Shown here: positions 1-7,497 of the stretch, one piece after another
Numbering within the stretch: the first letter of the stretch is position 1
How the letters are laid out: each line of letters starts with the position of its first letter
Source of the DNA: an uncultured Methanomicrobiales archaeon
GTDB lineage: Archaea; Halobacteriota; Methanomicrobia; Methanomicrobiales; Methanospirillaceae
Length of the DNA: 11,113 bases
Direction: 5' to 3'
Assembly: GCA_963758915.1 (NCBI GenBank)
Contig: CAVWXH010000017.1
Location: forward strand, 1-11,113
Made by a program: the position numbers and the translations under genes
Notes under the pieces: model-generated
The model's input: the letters and a program-made list of their open reading frames with translations, nothing else
Told to the model about the DNA's origin: nothing
The model's database searches: none

Positions 1-149
1 TTATTAACGAAATTTTAAGCCGGTTTCTAATTTTTTTAACGTTATGCCCTGGTGTGGACGTCCCGTTCATGTGTGTTTCTACAGAGCGAAAAATTGTAAT
101 TTTCTGATATCGGGGGGTTATCTCATTCCCGGTTTAGTGCAGCCAATTA

Positions 150-215
150 CGATTTCGGCTTATTTTACAGGAAAACCAGGAATTGTATCAGTTATGATCG
201 GATTAGCCGAAATCG
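150..215. repeat. Perfect 11-bp inverted repeat upstream of the kinase gene
   Basis: cgatttcggct (150-160) and agccgaaatcg (205-215). An overlapping 8-bp direct repeat atcggatt lies at 197-204 and 212-219. Confidence 0.6.
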
Positions 216-259
216 GATTCTAATAAATAATAGCTGTGCACCAAACTAAATGTTCGAAT

Positions 260-2002
260 ATGCCCCTTACTTCGAGACCCGATACACAAACAGATAAGCC
301 GTATTATATTCTCATCGTTGAGGATACCCGCCTGCAGGCAGAGATCCTCAAGGACATCCTGCAGAAGAGGAACTTTACAATTGCAGTTGCGGATAACGGC
401 AAAAAAGCACTGGAACTCGTTATCCAGAAAAAGCCGGATCTCATCATCAGTGATGTCATCATGCCGGTGATGAACGGTTATGACCTCTGTAAAGAGATCA
501 AAAAGAACGAACATACCCGGGATATCCCCCTGATCCTCCTTACCGCACTTTCGGATCCGAAAGACGTTGCACTTGCCCTGCAGTCAGGTGCTGACAATTT
601 TATTACCAAACCATACCAGGCAGACTATATCCTCAGGCAGGTGAAGACGATCCTTGAAACTCCCAGGGATCAACCAACTACTTCCCCTGAAATAAAACCA
701 GTGAAATTCTCTCATGGGGGCCAGACCTACCTGATAAGCATGGACCGGCCGAAGATCCTGGATTTCCTGCTCTCTGCATATGAGGCTGCGGTGATGCAGC
801 ATCTTGAATTCCAGCGGTCCCAGAGTGATCTTCGCGCAATGAATGAGAAGATCAACCATCTTAACCAGATTATCAGCCTCAGCAATTCTTCGCTCAAACC
901 GGATGCCCTTCTGGAGGGTATTCTCCATAAAACCTTATCCCTGGAAGATTTTGAGATGGGTGGACTCTACCTCCTGAATGCAGAAAAGAGTGAAGCCACG
1001 TTGGAGTGCTACCAGGAAACCAAACCCTTATTTTCAGATTTACCGGTTTTTATCGGGATATTGAACCTCAATGAATCATCTCACCAGGAACTGTTTATCC
1101 AGGGAATCCCACAGTTCGTCATCCTGGATGATAATGTTCACATGGACCGGAACAGCATTATTCTCAAAGAGCTCGGCGCAAAATGTTATGCAATGTTACC
1201 GCTCATGTCCGCATCAGAGGTGATTGGTGCAATTTCGCTTATCAGTACCAGAAAACACGATTTTTCAAACCAGGAGAAGTCGCTCCTCTTATCCATCAGT
1301 ACGGAAATCGGCAATGCTGTTCAGAAGACACTGCTGCTGAAGCGCCTTGAGGACGCCAATGATGAGACAAACCTCTATCTTGACATCATGACCCATGACA
1401 TCAATAATGCCAACACCGGCGCACTCGGTTTCCTTGAAATGCTGGCTGAAAAACTTGAAGGGGATAATAAAAAATTTGCGGATATTGTCCTTACCAGTAT
1501 CAACCAGTCCATCGAGATTATCAGGAATGTATCAACCATCCGAAAGATGCATGAGCAGAAAGCTGCAATGAGACCGGTGAACCTTGATGATGTCATCCGT
1601 AAAGAGATCCTGCATTTCTCCAATACTAAGATCCATTATTCAGGAACGGAAGTTGTCGTGCTTGCGGATGATCTCCTTGGACAGGTCTTCACTAACCTGA
1701 TAGGAAACAGTTCAAAATTCTGCGGTGAGAACGGGGAAATAACTATTTCGGTTGGGGAAAAGGACAATAATATCCTTGTGACAGTCTCTGATAACGGCCC
1801 GGGTATTTCCAATGAGATGAAACCACAGATATTCGACCGGTTCAGAAAGGGAAAGGGAAAGAAGAGTGGAAAAGGCCTCGGACTCTTTATAACCCGTCAC
1901 CTGGTAGAGGGGTATGGAGGCCGCATCTGGGCAGAGGACCGTGTACCAGGCCACCAGGACCAGGGTGCGGCGATTCATTTCACGATGAAACTGGCTGACT
2001 AA
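260..2002 (+). CDS. Soluble hybrid sensor histidine kinase/response regulator (REC-GAF-HisKA-HATPase), ~580 aa
   Basis: N-terminal receiver domain (ILIVED, DLIISDVIMP, LLT, FITKP). Central GAF-like region (YAMLPLMSASEVIGAISL). H-box MTHDINN, N-box QVFTNLIGNSSKF, G1 DNGPGI, G2 GKGLGL. No transmembrane segment. ATG 260 preferred over GTG 236 because an AT-rich TATA-like element lies ~30 nt upstream. Confidence 0.93.
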   Translation: MPLTSRPDTQTDKPYYILIVEDTRLQAEILKDILQKRNFTIAVADNGKKALELVIQKKPDLIISDVIMPVMNGYDLCKEIKKNEHTRDIPLILLTALSDPKDVALALQSGADNFITKPYQADYILRQVKTILETPRDQPTTSPEIKPVKFSHGGQTYLISMDRPKILDFLLSAYEAAVMQHLEFQRSQSDLRAMNEKINHLNQIISLSNSSLKPDALLEGILHKTLSLEDFEMGGLYLLNAEKSEATLECYQETKPLFSDLPVFIGILNLNESSHQELFIQGIPQFVILDDNVHMDRNSIILKELGAKCYAMLPLMSASEVIGAISLISTRKHDFSNQEKSLLLSISTEIGNAVQKTLLLKRLEDANDETNLYLDIMTHDINNANTGALGFLEMLAEKLEGDNKKFADIVLTSINQSIEIIRNVSTIRKMHEQKAAMRPVNLDDVIRKEILHFSNTKIHYSGTEVVVLADDLLGQVFTNLIGNSSKFCGENGEITISVGEKDNNILVTVSDNGPGISNEMKPQIFDRFRKGKGKKSGKGLGLFITRHLVEGYGGRIWAEDRVPGHQDQGAAIHFTMKLAD

Positions 2003-2023
2003 AACCGAAAGGTTACGGTCATA

Positions 2024-2044
2024 CACCGTTTTTTTAAAACGGTG
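2024..2044 (+). terminator. Oligo-T terminator candidate inside a 9-bp inverted repeat between convergent genes
   Basis: caccgtttt-ttt-aaaacggtg. T7 run at 2029-2035, ~27 nt after the kinase stop codon. Overlaps the stop of the minus-strand gene. Confidence 0.55.
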
Positions 2045-2547
2045 CTGCATGACTGCCGGCGAGAGCGAGAAGTCCGACGATATAGAGCGCTGCTACAAAG
2101 AATGCAGTGTTGATGATACTCCTGGTCACCCGCCCCCGCATTTTGACGACATAGACCGCTTCGTAGAGATTGAGGATGAGGGCACACAGCATGTACGTCC
2201 CATAGGTCAGAAGGCTGATCGCACAGGTAAGGGGCCCCCGGTTCATCCCTGCAACCATTAAGGCGATCAGCCCGATGGCAAGGTTCGCATACCCGACCTC
2301 AAGCTGGAGCTCCGGGCGGCCCTGGGCCCAACCCATCCGTGCCTGGTCTGACCGGTAGATTACCGAGTGCCGGATGAAACTCAATAGCCCGACTACCCCG
2401 ACAAGGACTGCTGCCGCAATCCTGTACGCCAAATCAGGATTAATAAAGAGAAAATAGATTGTTAAAAAAATCCCGCTGATTGTCGCAGCGATCGCTGGCG
2501 GCAAACAGTACCGATGCAATTGCCGGGCCTGTAGTAGTTCTGGCCAT
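2034..2547 (-). CDS. Small multi-pass membrane protein, DUF6790-like; probable single-base frameshift near the 5' end
   Basis: Hydrophobic helices plus the motif MGW...LQLEVGYANLAIG. The ORF track starts at TTG 2519. ATG 2547 in a neighbouring frame gives MARTTTGPAIASVLFAAS, which joins IAATISGIFLTIYFLF if one base near 2493 is removed (~170 aa). Family name is from memory of the motif, not from a search. Confidence 0.7.
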
Positions 2548-2641
2548 AGTAGATATTGGAGGCAGGATTGGTCAAATGACTGACGAAAATTTTTGAGGAG
2601 TTATCCGTGATGAAGTATCACCTATGGTATAGTGGGTGACT

Positions 2642-2832
2642 GAAAAATCTTATAACCGATAAAAATCACTCCTTTTGATAATTTAACCCTGCGTTCCGGC
2701 TTAAAATGTATATGTTAAATTATATTAATTAACTAAATTAGATTAAATTGACCGGGTAGGTTAGGTATATATAAATTTTTTTTCCACCACTACTCCTCAT
2801 TTTCCATGCAATGATTCCATAAACTTTAACGT
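2642..2832. promoter_or_regulatory. AT-rich divergent promoter region with archaeal BRE/TATA-like elements
   Basis: Plus strand: gaaaaa-t-cttataac (2642-2656) and aaac-tttaacg (2821-2831). Minus strand: A-run followed by tttatata (~2783-2768). The functional elements cannot be assigned from sequence alone. Confidence 0.5.
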
Positions 2833-2867
2833 TGGTTATCCTGACTCTCAATTGTAAGAGGTTTAGA

Positions 2868-4932
2868 ATGGATGTAAAATATATTCCAACTACGTGTCCG
2901 TATTGCGGAACAGGTTGCGGTTTCAACCTTGTTGTCAAGGACAAGAAGGTTGTAGGCGTTGCACCCTGGCAGCGCAATCCGGTTAATGAGGGCAAACTAT
3001 GCCCAAAAGGTACCTATGCAGCGGAATTTATCAATTCTCCGGACCGGTTGACCAAGCCGCTCATCAAGAAAGATGGGAAGTTTGTTGAAGCGAGCTGGGA
3101 TGAGGCATACAAGCTGATTGCCGAGAATTTCAAGAAGTACACGGGTGAACAGAGTGCATGCCTTGCATCAGCCCGGGTCTCCAACGAGGAGAACTACCTG
3201 ATGCAGAAGTTTGCCCGTGCAGTCTTAAAGACCCCCAACATCGACCACTGTGCCCGTCTCTGCCATGCATCGACGGTCGTCGGTCTGGCCGGTGCGTTTG
3301 GGTCCGGCGCCATGACCCAGTCGATTGCCGATATTGCAGAATCAAAATGCATTCTAATTATCGGCAGCAACACGTTTGAGACCCACCCGTTGATCGGTCG
3401 CCGCGTGATGCAGGCGAAGGCGAAGGGAGCGAAAGTCATCTACGCAGACCCGCGGTTCACCCCGACGGCGAAGCAGGCAGACCTGTACCTGCCGTTTTAC
3501 TCAGGAACCGATGTTGCCATCTTTAACTGCATGATGCAGCAGATCCTGAAAAACGGCTGGGAGAACAAGGACTTCGTTGCGAAACGGACGAAGGATTTCG
3601 AGAAAGTAAAAGAAATCGTGATGAAGGATACCTACAGCCTTGAAAATGTTGCAAAGATCAGCGGAATCCCGGCGAAGGATCTCGCCACTGCGGCAGAATG
3701 GTTCGGAACATCCGGCCAGTCCGCGATCCTCTACTCGATGGGAATTACCCAGCACACGACCGGTGTCGACAATGTCAAGTCGATTGCCAACCTCCAGATG
3801 CTGACCGGTAATCTCGGGAGACCCGGTACCGGTATCTGTGCACTGCGTGGCCAGAACAATGTGCAGGGCGCCTGCGACATGGGAGCACTCGCCAATGTGT
3901 ATTCCGGGTACCAGGCAGTCATTGTCCCCGAGAATGAAGAAGAAGATGGAAGATGCCTGGGGCTGCGAGATTGCCGAAGGTAAAGTCGGTCTGACGGTCA
4001 CCAAGCTGATCAATGTACTGGCTGACGAGCCCGGCAAGGTCAAGTGCGTCTATATCATGGGTGAGAACCCGATGATCTCCGACCCGGATCTTCACCATGT
4101 CGAGAAGGCAATGAAGAATGTCGAATTCATGGTTGTGCAGGATATATTCCTGACCGAGACGGCACAGTTTGCCAATGTTGTTTTACCTGCTGCCTGCTAT
4201 GCGGAGAAGGACGGCACCCAGACCAACACCGAGCGCCGTGTCCAGAAGTGGAGAAAAGCCCAGGAGCCGCCCGGAGAGGCAAAGGCCGACTGGCAGATCT
4301 TCTGCGAGCTGGCAAAGCACATGGGATACGAGAAACAGTTCCCGTACAAGACTGCAGAAGAGATATTTACTGAAATCTCGAAGGTCACGCCCTCATACGG
4401 CGGCATGAACTATGCACGGCTCGAGAAGCCCGAAGCCCTGCACTGGCCGTGCCCGACCGCGGAGCACCCGGGAACCCCGATCCTGCACAAGGAGAGGTTC
4501 ACCCACCCGGACGGACTGGGCATCTTTACGCCCATCGAGTTCAAGTACCCGGCTGAAGTTCCCGACAAGGACTACCCGCTGATTCTGACCACCGGCCGGT
4601 GCATCTGGCAGTGGCACACGGGTACTATGACCCGCCGCTCCGACAGTCTCGAGCGCGAAGAGCCCACCGGCTGGGTCGAGATCAACCCCGAGGATGCAAA
4701 AGCACTCGATATCAAGGACAAGGAGATGGTAAAGGCCGTCACCCGCAGAGGGGAGATCAGGATAGGTGCACGCGTCACCTCCGGTATCAAGAAAGGTGTG
4801 GTCTTCATCCCGTTCCACTACGTGGAATGTGCAGCAAACACGCTGACCAACAACGCGCTTGACCCGACTGCCTCTATTCCGGAGTTTAAGGCCTGTGCTG
4901 TAAGAATTGAAAAGATCGCGGAGGCGAAGTAA
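2868..4932 (+). pseudogene. fdhA: Formate dehydrogenase alpha subunit (Mo/W-bisPGD, Cys-type), split by a +1 frameshift at ~3933 (real lesion or sequencing error)
   Basis: SD gaggt (2858-2862) before ATG 2868. [4Fe-4S] motif CPYCGTGC..CPKG, active-site DHCARLCH, RGQNNVQG. Frame 1 stops at 3983. The rest (MGENP, VVQDIFLTETA, EKDGTQTNTERRVQ, LTTGR..WHTGTMTRR, PEFKACAV) is in another frame, 3934-4932. Removing one base gives ~687 aa. Confidence 0.92.
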
Positions 4933-4933
4933 C

Positions 4934-6109
4934 ATGGGATTTTTTGGAAATACCCCTACGGTTAAAAAAGGCGATATGCTCTACGCATGGACCAGCGACG
5001 AAGAAATCAAGAAGAAAGCTGAACTCGGTGGCGCAGTTACTGCAATCTGGAAGTATGCACTCGAATCAAGGACCGTCGATGCAGTCCTTGCCATTACCAA
5101 GGGGACTGACCTCTACGATGCACGGCCGGTGCTGATCACCGACCCGAAGGACCTTGCAAAGACCGCAGGCTCACTTCATTGCGGTACCCTTCTGCTGCCC
5201 AAGATCATCAAGAAATTCCTTGACGGTGCAGCAAACAAGAAAATCGGGGTGACAGTCAAGGGTTGCGATGTGATGGGATTTATTGAACTTGCCAGGCGCA
5301 AAGAGATCAACCTCGACAACATTGTCATGATCGGTGTCAATTGCGGTGGCTCGGTCAGCCCGATCCTTGCACGGAAAATGATTGCTGACAAATTCGGTGT
5401 TGACCCGGACACGGTCCACAAGGAAGAGATTGACAAGGGCCAGTTCATCATCGAGTATGAGGGTGGTCACAAGGGCATCTCCATTGACGAACTCGAAGAA
5501 GCAGGATATGGCCGACGAAGCAACTGCCGCCGGTGCAAGTATAAAATCCCCCGGCAGGCAGATCTCGCCTGCGGTAACTGGGGTGTCATCGGTGAGAAGG
5601 CCGGCAAGGCTACCTTTGTGGAGGTATGCTCAGAAAAGGGTGCACACCTCGTTAGCGGTGCAGTTAAATCAGGGGTTCTTGCGACTGAACCGGCAAACCC
5701 CAAAGGTCTTGAGATCCGCGGAAAGGTTGAAGGCGCCATGCTCAAGCTCGGAGACAAATGGCGAAAGAAGGATTTCACTGCTCTGGGTGCCTCCATGTGG
5801 GAGACCATCAATACTGAGACCTCCAGGTGCATCAAGTGCTATTCCTGTATTGAGAACTGCCCGGTCTGTTTCACGGCAGCCGAGGAGCTGAAAAAAGGCT
5901 CCATTTTTGTCAAGCCCGGAGAGGTCCCTCCGAACCCGATGTTCCACCTGAGACGGTTCGCCCATATCTCTGATTCCTGTATCAACTGCGGCCAGTGCGA
6001 AGAGCTTTGTGCAATGGACATTCCACTTGCACTCTTCTCGCATGCAATCCGGGTTGAAGGAGATACAGCCTTCGATGCGAAACTGGGGAAGGCAACCTAT
6101 ACCAATTAA
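4934..6109 (+). CDS. fdhB: Coenzyme F420-reducing formate dehydrogenase beta subunit (FrhB/FdhB family), 391 aa
   Basis: Starts 1 nt after the fdhA stop, with SD ggagg at ~4920. Motifs GGAVT, AGSLHCG, KGCD, GVNCGG, RRSNCRRC..ADLACGNWG, and C-terminal ferredoxin motifs CIKCYSCIENCPVC and CINCGQCEELC. Confidence 0.95.
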   Translation: MGFFGNTPTVKKGDMLYAWTSDEEIKKKAELGGAVTAIWKYALESRTVDAVLAITKGTDLYDARPVLITDPKDLAKTAGSLHCGTLLLPKIIKKFLDGAANKKIGVTVKGCDVMGFIELARRKEINLDNIVMIGVNCGGSVSPILARKMIADKFGVDPDTVHKEEIDKGQFIIEYEGGHKGISIDELEEAGYGRRSNCRRCKYKIPRQADLACGNWGVIGEKAGKATFVEVCSEKGAHLVSGAVKSGVLATEPANPKGLEIRGKVEGAMLKLGDKWRKKDFTALGASMWETINTETSRCIKCYSCIENCPVCFTAAEELKKGSIFVKPGEVPPNPMFHLRRFAHISDSCINCGQCEELCAMDIPLALFSHAIRVEGDTAFDAKLGKATYTN

Positions 6110-6140
6110 TTTTTTCCACAGGCTCATGGGTGAGTCCCTG
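6109..6140 (+). terminator. Oligo-T run directly after the fdhB stop, followed by a bulged hairpin
   Basis: T run immediately after the TAA, ending at 6115. Then cagg-ctca-tggg-tgag-tc-cctg (6119-6140). Confidence 0.4.
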
Positions 6141-6221
6141 TCCGGTTAGAGGACTGATTAACCCGGTGTCTGAATGAACCGACGGAGCTAAAAAAGAATG
6201 CCAATAGGAGATGAATAAACT

Positions 6222-6677
6222 ATGAAAACAGAAGATGCAAAGAAGATTATTTCAACAGCAATCGACAGGGAAGTCGAGGCATACACGTTTTACCGTGGCA
6301 TTGCCGATAAGGTAAAGGATGCTAACCTCAAGAAACTGTTTGGAGAACTTGCCGGGGAGGAAAAGCAGCACCGCGAGTTCCTGCAGGGAATGCTGACGAA
6401 GGATATTTCGACAATGAAATTTGATGCGTCACATGACTACAAGATAGCAGATATGCTCCCTTCACCACCACTTACCGCAGATTTGAAACCAATCGATGGT
6501 ATCGTTATCTCTATCAGGAAGGAGCTGGAAGCCATGCAGATGTATTCACAGCTTGCGAGCCTTGCCAAAGATACAGAGACACAGTTGCTCTTTTCCCAGC
6601 TGGCAAACATGGAACGTGGTCACAAGGCACGACTGGAGGATCTCTACACAAATATGGCGTTCCCAGAGTCCTGGTGA
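6222..6677 (+). CDS. Ferritin-like/rubrerythrin-family di-iron protein without a rubredoxin domain, 151 aa
   Basis: Duplicated di-iron motifs E..A..FY...EEKQH and E..A..MY...ERGH. No Cys. SD ggagatga at 6207-6214. Confidence 0.9.
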   Translation: MKTEDAKKIISTAIDREVEAYTFYRGIADKVKDANLKKLFGELAGEEKQHREFLQGMLTKDISTMKFDASHDYKIADMLPSPPLTADLKPIDGIVISIRKELEAMQMYSQLASLAKDTETQLLFSQLANMERGHKARLEDLYTNMAFPESW

Positions 6678-6857
6678 ACCTGGATCTCACTTTATTTTAA
6701 GGAAAACAACCGTGGGGTGGGGCAGGCAATTTCTCTGGGGATCAATATGCCGTATCAGGGTAAATGCCGGGGCACTATTCGCCTCTTGTCCTGGACATAC
6801 GAATTCTGGTCTCACCTCTTTTCCTATACAGACCCATAATAGCAGCGTTTCATCATG

Positions 6858-6942
6858 TTTTTAATATCCTTAAAAATCCTGAAACATGGCTTTTTTTGGG
6901 GTAAGTCCGTTCAGGATGAAAATACGCCATGTTTCATCTCCT
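6858..6942. repeat. Cluster of overlapping inverted repeats in the long intergenic gap
   Basis: tgaaacatggc (6880-6890)/gccatgtttca (6926-6936); atcctgaa (6876-6883)/ttcaggat (6910-6917); gatgaaa (6915-6921)/tttcatc (6932-6938); tttttaa (6858-6864)/ttaaaaa (6870-6876). Confidence 0.55.
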
Positions 6943-7497
6943 GTATCGACAACCGAAGGTACAATTATATTCGACACCTAATCAGGTTCCATATAAAAAA
7001 AATGGTTGATAATTGGCACCCAGATACTCATTGCCGTGAAAAGCTGATTGACAAAAATTGATTATTACACCCCATTACGTCATGATTGCCCGGAAACAAT
7101 GGGCACGGGGGTAAAAATGACAACTCAGGTATCAAATCAGGTAATAGGAGTTCGCAAAGCATAGCTATTCGTGTCATTGACTTCATCCCGAGTAATTTTC
7201 CAGTTCAACCATCAAGGGATAGTAATGAAACGGGATATTTCTTCAGCATCGTATTTCCACACAAACAAGGAGGGATAAATCCAGAGCGGGCCTGGTAACT
7301 GGAATTCCATCCTGCTATCAACCACTGCGATCGTTTTTTATTCAATAACACGAGGATTGCTTATCAAACAATTTGCCGGTGAACCAAAAGAAACATCCCA
7401 ATAACCCTTACCTTGGGTATTCCCTGGAACACGGGAGATTCAGTGCCTTACCAGTGTTATCACTGGGGTTTACCTGGAATTACAGCAACAGGTCATA

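Noticed and set aside
3981-3983. Selenocysteine or pyrrolysine read-through explaining the split fdhA
   Set aside because: The stop is TAA, the downstream half is in another frame, and the active-site residue is already Cys.
6211-6225. Mini-ORF MNKL* overlapping the ferritin-like start
   Set aside because: Its ATG is part of the SD-like ggagatga that is well spaced for ATG 6222.
6714-6772. Five G runs suggesting a G-quadruplex
   Set aside because: Loops of 14 and 17 nt are too long for a convincing motif.
6855-7298. ORFs 6855-7061 and 7086-7298 as genes
   Set aside because: Short, with no recognisable motif or SD and atypical composition. Left as part of the unexplained gap.
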